DNA of 63,008 bases, counting the filler, from Stramenopiles sp. TOSAG23-6 (lineage: Eukaryota), in assembly GCA_900128565.1 (NCBI GenBank). It is 50 parts of 50 records of this genome, joined end to end, with 100 filler letters (N's around TTAATTAATTAA, not from the genome) between each part and the next. Parts side by side here need not be neighbours in the genome. Positions count along the whole stretch, not along the records: positions 25,360 to 26,523 come from LT639560.1; positions 26,624 to 27,787 come from LT639561.1; positions 27,888 to 29,051 come from LT639562.1; positions 29,152 to 30,314 come from LT639563.1; positions 30,415 to 31,577 come from LT639564.1; positions 31,678 to 32,840 come from LT639565.1; positions 32,941 to 34,102 come from LT639566.1; positions 34,203 to 35,364 come from LT639567.1; 42 more parts are not named here. One strand, given 5' to 3'. Positions 25,418 to 36,814 of the stretch are shown in pieces. Position numbers and translations under genes: made by a program. The notes beneath the pieces were generated by a model, which searched no databases, was not told the DNA's origin, and saw nothing but the letters and a program-made list of their open reading frames with translations. Within the stretch, counting starts at the first letter, position 1, and each line of letters starts with the position of its first letter.

Positions 25418-26439
25418 GTATGCTCGGTCAGTCATATAGTTCAAAATTTTCACCTTGGTTGGCTACTGGTTGTTTATCTCCGCGATTTGTGTATCATGTA
25501 TGTTTTTTATTTTTTATTTCGATTCTTTTTTCATAGTAAAATATGTACCTAACAAAATTTTAAAATTTTGATGTACTGTTCTTTCATTTTTTTTTTATCT
25601 CCGTGATTTGTTCTTCAAGTATGTTTCTTTGAATTATTTTTTGGTATAAAGCATTTTGTATCTAACAAAAACAAAAACAAAAATATGTTTTCACAATATA
25701 TGAGTGTAAGCGATATGAAGCTCATCGTGTGAAAAATAAGTCTACATACTGGCTCGGAGGTTTTGAAATGCTTGTTCGTGATTATTTTCAGTTTCAAGCT
25801 GTCCGACTGGGTGACTCCATTTTCAAATTAGGAGGTCCTTGTGCAGCTTTGAATATTAAAAGTCAGGGAAATAATGATTGGTCAGGATCAACAGAAGATT
25901 TCGTTCGGTGGAAAGAAGGCCGAACAGGATGGCCACTCGTAGATGCGAATATGTACGTTTTCCTTTTCATTTGAACGTCTTATTTTTTTTTTCTATGTTT
26001 TTCTATGAAAAAATTAAAAAAAAAAAAATGTTTTTAACCCATTTCGAATGTCTATTTTTTTTTCACAAGATATGCGAGAATTATTAGCTACAGGGTTTAT
26101 GTCAAATAGAGGACGACAAAATGTTGCTAGTTTTTTAATATTAGATTTAAAAGTAGACTGGCGTTTAGGCGCTGAGTGGTTTGAGGAACAACTTCTGGAT
26201 CATGTATTTTTTCATCATGCAGGTTCAACTTTTTTTTTTTTTTTCCGTATGAATTTAAAATTTTTTTTTTTGTATATGTATGAAATTTCATACTAAATAA
26301 TTTAATCAATTACAATTTTTTGAAATATTTTTTCACAATATATGATCCTGCATCAAATTGGGGTAATTGGGTCGCCGCAGCAGGTTTATTGGGAGGTCGA
26401 CTCAATAAATTTAATATTTTGAAACAGTCCAAACAATAT
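25418..26439 (+). CDS. Cryptochrome DASH FAD-binding domain, four visible exons
   Basis: [33 protein letters not shown]...STYWL...RDYF...[36 protein letters not shown]...[13 protein letters not shown]. Confidence 0.93.
25498..25701 (+). mobile_element. Compound introner-family intron, GT...AT
   Basis: TAT CAT|GTATGT...two GTA(C/T)CTAAC modules...CACAATATAT|GAG TGT. Confidence 0.85.
25953..26073 (+). mobile_element. Diverged introner-family intron, GT...AT
   Basis: GCG AAT AT|GTACGT...CACAAGATAT|G CGA GAA restores DANMREL. Confidence 0.85.
26204..26343 (+). mobile_element. Introner-family intron, GT...AT
   Basis: GAT CAT|GTATTT...CACAATATAT|GAT CCT restores [13 protein letters not shown]. 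Confidence 0.85.
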
Positions 26440-26678
26440 GTATGTGTTATTTTTTTTTCAATTTTGAATTTATTTTTCGTACGAAATTTTGTACCTAACG
26501 AATTTTTTTTTGAAATATTTTTCNNNNNNNNNNNNNNNNNNNNNNNNNNNNNNNNNNNNNNNNNNNNTTAATTAATTAANNNNNNNNNNNNNNNNNNNNN
26601 NNNNNNNNNNNNNNNNNNNNNNNCGTACGAAATTTTGTACCTAACGTTTTTTTTTTCAAATATTTTTCCAAAATACAT

Positions 26679-27330
26679 GGTCGCATTTCTCATCAGTTTT
26701 TCTACTTCTCAATTAGAAAGGTTTACTTTTCAAGAAAACTGCCCACCTGATAAGAATCAGCGTCTCATGGGTTATGCATGGGAATGTAGATATCTTACAG
26801 AAAATACACGGGTTATGTGGGCATTGATACTTACAAATGTTATGTGGGCAATTGTTCTAACTATATATTATTTAATACCTGAAGTCTCTGAACAGGTATT
26901 AACCTGGAGAAAAGTGGAAGATTTTAAAGCTAAGGCACATTTACAAAATTGTATGATGCCAAAATTACCGAGAAAAGTTTTGTTAACTCTCAAACGTATT
27001 TTTGATACTTTCGATATTGATCATACTGGGTTTTTGAATTATGAAGAACTTGTCGCTTTAATAACAGACGTACAAAATATGCACAAGAAACCCCCTCTAA
27101 GTGAAGCACAGATGGAAGTTTTATTTTCAATGATGAATGTCAAAGACGAGACTGGGATTACATTTTCAGAGTTTGCTTCGGGACTGGCTGAAGCACAGGA
27201 CGACTTTCTTTTGAAAAACTTCATTTCTATTGATGATATAGTAGAAGAAACGATAAAGGTAACAAATATTAGTCAAAGTAGTATCACTCAACCATTGAAT
27301 GAAGTTAAAGAAGAAAAAATAAATTTGTAA
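26679..27330 (+). CDS. Membrane protein C-terminus with an EF-hand pair
   Basis: Hydrophobic helices, then FDTFDIDHTGFLNYEEL and MNVKDETGITFSEF. Confidence 0.75.
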
Positions 27331-27950
27331 ATTTTACTCAAATATGTATCAAAATTGTAGCATTGTTTTATAAGACGTTCAACAATACTACAAAAAATAC
27401 AAAAGTGTTGTTGGATACACATCATAAAAGTCGATTATGAACATATGACTGACACAAATTACCTTTCGAAAATGTAGCAGTAGAGATCTCAGTTTTCATC
27501 ATTTTTTTTCGTACGTAATTTTGTACCTAACGATTTTTTTTACAAAGTCGTCAGTTGCGTCTGCAACATAATGTAGGTAGCACCAAATCTTTGTCAAGGC
27601 ATCCCCAACTATCAACATGAGCTTCATCCCAATTATGAAAGAACCCGACTCGAGAGTGTTCATTACACGTATCTAATCCAACTACGGGATTATGCCCAAT
27701 ACCTTGTTTCATTGCAGCATTTGTGACCTGATCATGTATTTTGGAAAAATATTTCAAAAAAATATTCGTTAGGTACAAAATTTCGTANNNNNNNNNNNNN
27801 NNNNNNNNNNNNNNNNNNNNNNNNNNNNNNNTTAATTAATTAANNNNNNNNNNNNNNNNNNNNNNNNNNNNNNNNNNNNNNNNNNNNTTCTTGAAAATAA
27901 TAAATTCCCTCTACTAGTATAAAAAACTTCTCATTGAAAAATCACCATCA

Positions 27951-28334
27951 ATGGCATCGTTATCAATGACAACTTTTTACTTACGTGCTATTCTAAGTAC
28001 AGTTTTGATAAACCAATCGTGTTTTGTAGTTCCACTAAGCGTTGTTAATAACACGGATAAACAAAATGTAATTTCTTTCAGAATTGCGAAGAGACGAAAA
28101 GAAGGCGAACCACCTACGACATACAAAGTTGTACTTCGTTATAAAGGTGACAAAGAGAGAGGCGAAATGCTTGCCAGATCAATTGCAAAGGATCCATTCC
28201 ATATATCTCAAGAAGTTGTTGAACGTTCATCGAAGATAATTCCGGTAACCTGGGCGCAAAAATGGTTCACATATTTTGTGTATGAGTTCAATTATTATAT
28301 TTTAAGTTGGTTCAGACGTATTATGGGCTATTAA
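27951..28334 (+). CDS. Small hypothetical protein with a hydrophobic N-terminus
   Basis: Complete 127-aa ORF; no recognised motif. Confidence 0.45.
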   Translation: MASLSMTTFYLRAILSTVLINQSCFVVPLSVVNNTDKQNVISFRIAKRRKEGEPPTTYKVVLRYKGDKERGEMLARSIAKDPFHISQEVVERSSKIIPVTWAQKWFTYFVYEFNYYILSWFRRIMGY

Positions 28335-28506
28335 GCGTAATATACTCAAGAAACCCAACAACAATAAACCGAAAAAAAACCCTTTTCTTAGAAATAGTAT
28401 AGTATTGCTGTGCATAACGTTGGTATTGTTCTTTCACATATTTTTTTGTAAGGCTTATTTTGATTATTCTCAAATAAAATATAAAAAATGATACTTTTGT
28501 ATTTAT

Positions 28507-28962
28507 TTAACAACAACACTGATAAATTCTATTATTTAATTGTTTTGTGTCATCTCGCATCGCTTTTAACATAGAACGGAAAGAAGACGTTCCTGTCCCT
28601 AAATTAGCTTCAGATAAATAATAATCAGCAATTGACAAATGAAATGTCCGAAATGTTATGTGAAAAAATATTTTTTTTTGGTTTTGGTGTAAAAACAATC
28701 AATAGTATACATTTTTCATAGTAAAAAAAATTAAATTCATAATGAATACGTACAAGCACTTACTTGACGCAAACATTGTTTAAAAGCCTCAACTAGTTTA
28801 TCATTGTTGTGGTTAGGGTTATCCATCATAGTTTTGTTAGGGTTAGGGTTTAGTATTTTTGAGCGCGTTGAATGTATGTATTGTAAGATTGAACCACTAT
28901 TAGCAATATTTTTTTTCATATCCAAAACCATTAACCTATGCTTCGAAGGCATATACTTTAAC
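28507..28962 (-). CDS. Indoleamine 2,3-dioxygenase-like C-terminus; intron at 28653-28753 (GT...AT)
   Basis: YMPSKHR...VEAFKQCLRQVSA|FRTFHLSIADYYL...GTGTSSFRSMLKAMRDDT matches IDO motifs YMP..HR, FR..H, GTG. Confidence 0.75.
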
Positions 28963-29151
28963 ATATTGGAGAAAAAATATTTTTAAAAAAAAATCTTAGG
29001 TACAAAATTTCGATGAAAAAAAAATTAAAATTAAATTAGAAGTCCAATTTTNNNNNNNNNNNNNNNNNNNNNNNNNNNNNNNNNNNNNNNNNNNNTTAAT
29101 TAATTAANNNNNNNNNNNNNNNNNNNNNNNNNNNNNNNNNNNNNNNNNNNN

Positions 29152-30313
29152 GACATCGATTCTGAGCGATTAAAGAAAGAAGTTGAAAAGAAAGACGCTC
29201 AGCTCCTTCGACTGAAAGGTGAAACCGATTCTTTACGTTTACAAATGTTGACAATGGTTGAAGAGCTGAACAATTGGAAGAACGAAAAAGAATCTTCAAC
29301 GCAACAGAGTACATTTTCTACCTCAGAAAAGGATTCTCTCAACGAAGAAATTGCAGCTCTGAAATTCCAGTTAACGGAACGCCAGCGTAAGATTCATGAA
29401 TTAGAGTATAGAAGTAAAGAAAATCAAGATATTCACTTGAGTCCCCAAAAACAAGATAAAGCAACGAAGTTACAAATAGATGAAATGAAGAAGGAAATTA
29501 CGCGGAAGTTGACAAGTGACTTCCGAAGAAAACATGGAGAAGAATTGCTTTCTCTGCAGCGTCATGTGGCTGATCTTGAAGGGAAAATTAGTGTTGTTGA
29601 AGCAGCGCGTAGTGATGCCGAGGAGCGAGTACAACAAACACGACGACAGCTTGCTGAAAGAGACTCAATTTTTATGCAAGCCAGATCAGAAGCTTTAACG
29701 TTGCGAGATGAATCTCATGATTTCAAAACAGAAACTACAAAACTTCGAGCAGAGGTTGAAATGGAAAAGGGTAAAGTACAAAGGGCTAGACAAAATCTTT
29801 CAGATGAAATACAACGCGCTAATGAAAAATCAAATATGCACATGAAAGAAATGGCTGGAATTCGTGCACATGCTGAACGAACTGAGACTCTTTTGAGAAA
29901 TGAGCATGTATCTTTTTATTACTAATTTAATTTCGTTTTTTTTTTCATAGACAATTTTGTATTTAACGATTTTTTTTAACCAAAACAAAATTATTTTTTC
30001 ACAATACATAAAACGGTAGAAACTTTAAAAAAAGAAATAGATCGAATTCATAATCGAGCTCAAGAATTGGAGACTGAGTTGGATTTCCAACACAAGCGAT
30101 ACAAAAAAGAATCGAATTTCCAACGTGAAGCTTTGAAGAGAGCTGAGCAACAAGTCCAGAACTCTAGGCGATACGAATTAGAAAACAAAGAAGTCTCTCA
30201 GTTTCATCAACAATTATTGGTTGCATTTGGTGAAAGTAGTAGTGATGATTTATCAATGAACAACAATCGTCATAATTTCAGTTCTGCACTTATCCAGAAA
30301 GTTCACCAAATGA
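29152..30313 (+). CDS. Coiled-coil protein fragment; intron at 29908-30009 (GT...AT)
   Basis: GAG CAT|GTATCT...ACAATACAT|AAA ACG joins ORFs 29245 and 30067 in frame. Confidence 0.7.
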
Positions 30314-30466
30314 ANNNNNNNNNNNNNNNNNNNNNNNNNNNNNNNNNNNNNNNNNNNNTTAATTAATTAANNNNNNNNNNNNNNNNNNNNNNNNNNNNNN
30401 NNNNNNNNNNNNNNCAAAATTTCGTACGAAAAATAAATTCGAAATTGAAAAAAAAATAAAACATAC

Positions 30467-31525
30467 ATACAGTACGAAAGGAGAGATAGAATTTACTCAT
30501 GATTTCGCCAGAATATAAACTTTCAATACCATCATCGCCAACATTTGCTACCATTCCAGCTTGTATTAATTGTTTTAAAGATTCTAATGCGATATTATTG
30601 GTAAGAGCAGAAGCTTCACTTGGCTTCTTTTTACACAATCGAATGTAGTAAAATGTACTTTTCAACCAGTCGATGTATTTTGGAAAAATATTTCAAAAAA
30701 AAATCGTTAGGTACAAAATTTCGTATGAAAAAAATTCGAATTTGAAAAAAAAATAAAACGTACATGACGTCACCCACAGATTGTAATGTCCCTAATGCAA
30801 TTTCTGCATTAATACATTCGGCTATTTTTGGATAAAGTTTACTTTCGATTGTATATTGTCCATTCGCAAGATTTTCGTATCGTTGTTTTGTACTTGAACG
30901 AGTCATAATTATAGCAGTACCACTGGTATCAAATTGAGGACGCCCAGCTCTTCCTAGCATTTGTAATACCGCTGATGGATCATACTCAACATGTATTTCG
31001 GAAATATATTTCAAAAAAAAACCCTTAAATTTGTTAGGTACAAAATTTCGTACGAAAAAAACAATTTCAAATTTGAAAAAAAGTAAAACATACATATCCT
31101 CCTTCTGATTGACCTTTCCATTGCTCTGTTCCTTTAATAATAACAGTATGAGCTGGAAGATTCACGCCCATGGCCAAAGTTGTAGTTGTTGCAAGAACTT
31201 TTATCTGTCGTGATCGAAATAAGTCTTCCACAATATTCCGATTATGTATTGTGAAAACAAAAAAAAAAAACTAAAATTTGTTAGGTACGGAATTTCGTAC
31301 CAAAAAAAATTATAATTCATGATGAAAAAACATACATGAGACGAAAGGCCTGCGTGATGAATTGCAAACCCGTGTTTAATCGCATCACTCAGTTTTGATT
31401 CATTTTGAATTCTTCCAGCAGCAATGGAAAGTGTTTTTCTATTTTCTGCAGACTTTGATGCCCCACGTGAAAATTTTTTGAGTACATTGACAGTATCTAC
31501 TGTTGATGATCTAGTACTACAGAAT
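30467..31525 (-). CDS. HFM1: MER3/HFM1 meiotic Ski2-like DNA helicase, four visible exons
   Basis: [21 protein letters not shown]...[22 protein letters not shown]...[27 protein letters not shown]...INAEIALGT...[14 protein letters not shown]...[10 protein letters not shown]. Confidence 0.88.
30673..30763 (-). mobile_element. Introner-family intron close to consensus, GT...AT, 91 nt
   Basis: GTC AT|GTACGTTTTATTTTTTTTTCAAATTCGAATTTTTTTCATACGAAATTTTGTACCTAACGATTTTTTTTTGAAATATTTTTCCAAAATACAT|C GAC TGG. Confidence 0.92.
30991..31093 (-). mobile_element. Introner-family intron, GT...AT, 103 nt
   Basis: GGA TAT|GTATGT...CGTACGAAATTTTGTACCTAAC...GAAATACAT|GTT GAG. Confidence 0.9.
31244..31335 (-). 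mobile_element. Introner-family intron, GT...AT, 92 nt
   Basis: TCT CAT|GTATGT...GTACCTAAC...CACAATACAT|AAT CGG restores HHAGLxxxxRxxVExLF. Confidence 0.9.
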
Positions 31526-31677
31526 ATGTATTTTGGAAAAATATTTCAAAAAAAAATCGTTAGGTACAAAATTTCGTNNNNNNNNNNNNNNNNNNNNNNN
31601 NNNNNNNNNNNNNNNNNNNNNTTAATTAATTAANNNNNNNNNNNNNNNNNNNNNNNNNNNNNNNNNNNNNNNNNNNN

Positions 31678-32255
31678 AACGACTTACGCAAGAAATTCGC
31701 TGTTTACGTCGTTGTCGTAATGTGGGTGTCCCAACACCTGCAATTTTATTTGTTAATTTGGAAAGTAGTCAAATTTTCATGGAGCGGATTAATGGAGAAA
31801 CAGTCAAAAGTTTTTTATATTCAAATCCGTCAAAAACTAAGCGTATTAATATATTACAAAAAATCGGCAAAATATTGGCTACTATGCATAATCATGGTGT
31901 CAGTCACGGTGATCTTACGACATCAAATATAATGCTGCGTGATAAATTTCAAATCTGCAGTAGTTCAAATTCATTGAGTTCAACTTCGCCAGTCCTTTTA
32001 GATAATGAAATAGAAAAGGAAATTGTATTAATTGATTTTGGGCTTGGAAGTAATAAAACAAATGCTGAGGATAGGGCAGTTGACTTATACGTATTAGAAC
32101 GTGCATTTGCTTCGACACATCCAAATTCCAAAGAATTGTTTGCAGAGGTGATGAAGTCTTACGAAACGGAAGCATCAGAAAAACATTGGAAATCGACAAA
32201 ATCACGTTTAGAGGCTGTAAGAGCTCGTGGAAGGAAACGATCCTGTTTTGGTTAG
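31678..32255 (+). CDS. BUD32: KEOPS kinase Bud32/TP53RK (5' truncated)
   Basis: HGDLTTSNIML, LIDFGL, AEDRAVDLYVLERAF, VRARGRKRSCFG*. Confidence 0.95.
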
Positions 32256-32940
32256 GGTTAGGGTTTTAAAGTGAATAATTTTTGCAATACAGTATTCGTT
32301 TTTTCTTATAAGCCTTTTTATTCTATATATTTTGAAAACACTTTAAACATTGTTGTTTTTATTTTCGTCCCATTTTATATCTAATTTATTCCATAATTGA
32401 GGAAAGAGAGACCGTGTAACTTTTTCTTGCCACTGACCTCCCTTGAACATCCCTATACCAATATTCGAAGCATCATTTTCCAATTCTCTCTCACGAGCTT
32501 CAATTTCAGCAATCCTCTGCTGCTCAGTCGCTGTTTTACACAAAGGTTGAATACCACTATGTGATGCCCATAAATAATGGCTTGTATCAACTCTTTTGAA
32601 AGTTTTACTTTTTTTCTTCTTATTATTCAATGTAGTAGTTTTCTCAGTAGTTGTCGATTCATTTACATCATTCCCACTTATTTTTGTTTGTTTTGTTTTT
32701 TTTGGCTTTGATGATTTTAATGGAGCTGGTGGCGCTTTGTAACTACTTTTCCTTCGAAATAGAAAATTTCTCCAGATCCAATACTCAATTGGTTTATATG
32801 AAATATAAACCGCGAGAGGTACAGCAAATAAAAGAAAAAANNNNNNNNNNNNNNNNNNNNNNNNNNNNNNNNNNNNNNNNNNNNTTAATTAATTAANNNN
32901 NNNNNNNNNNNNNNNNNNNNNNNNNNNNNNNNNNNNNNNN

Positions 32941-33466
32941 CATATTCACTAATTACAGAGTGTAAAATTTCCAACTTTAATGTTTTAAAAGCTAAAGAAT
33001 CTCGAAGAATACTCAATAATTCCACAGTTTCTGGATATATATGAAAAGAGTCACCCTCCGGTGTAAGACTAAAGCTTGCTACTGGGAGACGCTCTATGCT
33101 CTTATTTTCTATATCTTTTACATTACCTTTTTTACTCTTGTTTTCAGAGACTTTTACTTTATCTTTTTTACTCTCATTTTGTAAGACTTTTAAATTATCT
33201 ATTTGCTTTTTACCTCTGCCATCTAGAACAAGCATGTATTCAGAACCATAAAATATTCGAGGATTAGCAAGGACCATAGCAATTTCAAATATATCTGTAG
33301 AAGTGCCTACTTTTTGTAAACCAGTAACTTTCAACGACGATACCACCTGTGGAAACAAAGCTCTTACCATTTCCTGAAAAACATCAAGACTACAACCTTG
33401 AGAAAAAATTACAGGTTTCTTGAAATCCCCTACACTACACACCAATACTGTTTGATCAGAAGTCAT
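32941..33466 (-). CDS. Hypothetical protein N-terminal fragment
   Basis: Open ORF from ATG at 33466 to the contig end; no motif recognised. Confidence 0.45.
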
Positions 33467-34412
33467 CGTATATCACCCAATGTGGAAACAATAGTTATAA
33501 AGGAAAGGAAGTATCAGAAAGGTGAACCTTTTTCTTTAGTCATGAAATGGAACCTTTTTTTTTTTCACGAATTTTTTTTTTTTTTCATTGCGCGCGACGT
33601 CGACTTTTGATTTCAAAGCCGGAAAAAAAACCTAAATTTCGTGGGCTGATTCTCAAGAGTAGCTCGACAAAATCGTTTATTACTAGCTAGAAGAGAAAAG
33701 AAGAGCAGAAAAAACGTGCAAATAGATGAAAATTAAAACAGGAAAAGGATATGAAGGAGGCAAAACATAAAAGAAGACAAAAGAAACGTCTTTAAAAATG
33801 TGCAAAATTATATATACAGCAAACCCAATGAATTATCGTCAAGCAGTTTTGTTCGACATTGCAACAGCTGTGACTGGGACATTATTTTATAATACGTACA
33901 TTACGACATTGTAGTAAGTATACAAGATTGCGTATTGGTACAGCACATGATGTTGTATTTTGTACCCGTTTATTAAGCCTCGATCAAGTGGCACCTGTGA
34001 TGTATGTTTTATTTTTTTCAATTTCGAATTTCTTTTTGTTTGTTTGTTTAGTAGAAAATTTCATACCTAGTAATCATGGAGGATGTACGTTTCTATTTAA
34101 AANNNNNNNNNNNNNNNNNNNNNNNNNNNNNNNNNNNNNNNNNNNNTTAATTAATTAANNNNNNNNNNNNNNNNNNNNNNNNNNNNNNNNNNNNNNNNNN
34201 NNTGTACCTAACAAATTTTTTTAGATTTTTTTTGAAATATTTTTCCAAAATACATGTACTTCAAAGACTGAAGCGTGTATGTTGTCACTATGATTTTTAA
34301 ATATATGTTTTTTTTTTCGTACGAAATTTAAAATTTTGTACATAAACCCTAAAAAAAAATAGATTTTTTTTTTTTTATTTTTGTAAAAAAATTTCATACC
34401 TAACAAATTTCA

Positions 34413-35311
34413 ATGTTTGGAAATATTATTGAAGATACATTCCCTCTGCGGATTTCTGCGTGTAAAATTATCTCAAGACTTTTACAGGCAGAAAAAAAAA
34501 CACTCCTTAAAGTTGAAATCTCCGAATCGAAAATCTCCGAATCGAAAGCTGGAGTGATTTCCGAGATTTCCACTTCTGGTGATATGGGATCTGTGACGTC
34601 ATTATTTGTGAATGCGTCTATCTTTGTAATTAATGGCAATGGCAAGCAGTGGATGGAAAATGCGATGTCTAATTGTATTGATTTATTGCATGTACATTTT
34701 CATTGTGAATTTCAATTTTTTATTTTTTTTTTTTAGTATGAAATTTTCATAGAAAACAATTTTTTTTGAACAATTTTAAATTTTAAATATTTTTTACAAG
34801 ATATGAAAGTGAAGTAGATGTGATGTATATTGTTATAGGCTTGATTCGTCGATTGCTTTGTCGTAAGATGGGTGGTTCAGAAATGGCTATTGCGGTGGCT
34901 CCTCTTCTTGTACCAATTCTCAAGCAGTTTTGTATGGTTTAATAATAGATTTCATAATTTCAATTTTTTTTTTCGTACGAAATTTTGTACCTAACAATTT
35001 TTTTAGAATTTTTTTCAAATATTTTTCCAAAAAGCATGGATACAAAATATAAACGATCCTTGGATGGTTGAAGATATTAGGGAGTTGTTTACGACGATGT
35101 GTAATGCACACCAAACCGTGTGTTCCATTATTCAAACTCATATGTACGTTTTCATGATTCATTTCAAATTTATTTTTTTTTCGTTTTTCATACGAAATTT
35201 TGTACCTAACATTTGTTTTTTTTTTTTCGAAAAAAAAAAAAAAAAATAATATTTTTTCATTATACATGGTTCCTGTGATTAATCAAGTTCTCACCGATCC
35301 AAATACAGTAT
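34413..35311 (+). CDS. HEAT-repeat protein fragment (importin-9-like); introns at 34692-34804, 34932-35037, 35144-35267 (all GT...AT)
   Basis: FPLRISACKIISRL...DLLH|ESEVDV...VPILKQF|WIQNINDPWMVEDIRELF...QTHM|VPVINQVL; one open frame after splicing. Confidence 0.6.
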
Positions 35312-35464
35312 GTATGTTTTATTTTTTTTTGTATGATTTTTTTTTCGTACGAAATTTTGTACCTNNNNNNNNNNNNNNNNNNNNNNNNNNNNNNNNNNNN
35401 NNNNNNNNTTAATTAATTAANNNNNNNNNNNNNNNNNNNNNNNNNNNNNNNNNNNNNNNNNNNN

Positions 35465-36279
35465 ATCCGAGAGAGTAATCCTTGCGCCTCTTGACTAAGA
35501 CAGTTTTGTTCATCAGAACTGAAAAATAAATACATCAATTTCACTTCCTCCACTGTAAAAATGTGTCTAAAGGCACTTGGCAAATTCGATGTACAAAAAT
35601 CCGTACTTAATTTTGAATTTCGAATTTGTGTACTACAAATGTTTGGAAATAATACAGCTTTTAGTGCAACAATTACATGTAAATGATAAGCAGACACTGA
35701 CTGTGACGCTTGCCAACGAATTTCTTGCATATGACTAGAGCCAATCAACAGCAGATTGTTTCTACTTGTTTGATTTTGAAGTGTTTCATTTGGAAGTGTT
35801 TCATTTACTCCAGGAGTGTTTTCTAAATTAAATGGAAATGGTTTCACTGCATCTTTTTTGGCAGCTTCATTATTCAATGAATCACTCATACATTGTTTAC
35901 ACCGAAACCAACTACTTTCGGATACTGTCATTTGAAACTCATTCGATATATTATTAGCAGAAGTTCCAGACGAAATTTCTTTCTTTCCAGATGTAGTTTC
36001 TTTCACCACTGGTTTTGTGTACTCTCCACCTTTTCTAGTTCCACACATTGAACATGAAAGATTGACAATTTTGTTCTCTGAAAATGTACACACGCTACAA
36101 GTCCAGCGAGATTTCTGATGAATCATTTTATTCACGACATTAGGGTTGTTATTAGATGCAATTTCAGAATCAGTCGCTACTGGTACATTCGATATGGAAG
36201 TCTGTTTAAGTCGCCGCCTTTTAGAAAGGCTTAATCGACTGGACGTTGATGACTTTGAATATTGTTTCTTGTTCTTCAT
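35465..36279 (-). CDS. RanBP2-type zinc-finger protein N-terminus, possibly a FAN1-like nuclease
   Basis: WTCSVCTFSEN...SCSMCG; IFTVEEVKLMYLF...LSQEAQGLLSR resembles the FAN1 region before the winged helix. Confidence 0.55.
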
Positions 36280-36814
36280 TCTAGAAAGGACATGAAAATG
36301 TGCATTGAAATGTTGCTGAATTAGATACCTCGTATATGCTCATATGAATAAAGGTGACATGAAGCAGCGGTCAGGTCGCGAAAACCAAAAAAATATTTGA
36401 TGTCCTGACAGAAATTCGACCGCACGACATTTGTTTTTTCCGAGAAGAGAACACAAAACAGAGACACCTTTTGTAAATCTCCTTTTGAAAGCGAATTACT
36501 GTGTCATTTATGGGATTTATTAGACGAGTTGAACCATACGATATTTTTTTAACACACAGCATATACGTGACTTGGAACATTTCTTCTTTAAAGTCAAAAA
36601 AATAGTATCTCTCTACAACAATGTTNNNNNNNNNNNNNNNNNNNNNNNNNNNNNNNNNNNNNNNNNNNNTTAATTAATTAANNNNNNNNNNNNNNNNNNN
36701 NNNNNNNNNNNNNNNNNNNNNNNNNATTTTGGAAAAATATTTCAAAAAAAAATCGTTAGGTACAACATTTCGTACGAAAAATATATTCGAAATTGATAAA
36801 AAAATAAAACATAC

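Noticed and set aside
30675-30765. U12-type AT-AC minor introns
   Set aside because: No ATATCCTT donor, the branch point is over 30 nt from the 3' end, and several copies lack the 5' AT or the 3' AC while GT is kept
30415-31577. Repeat-spacer pattern as a CRISPR array
   Set aside because: The spacers are consecutive exons of a eukaryotic gene, repeat lengths vary, and there are no cas genes
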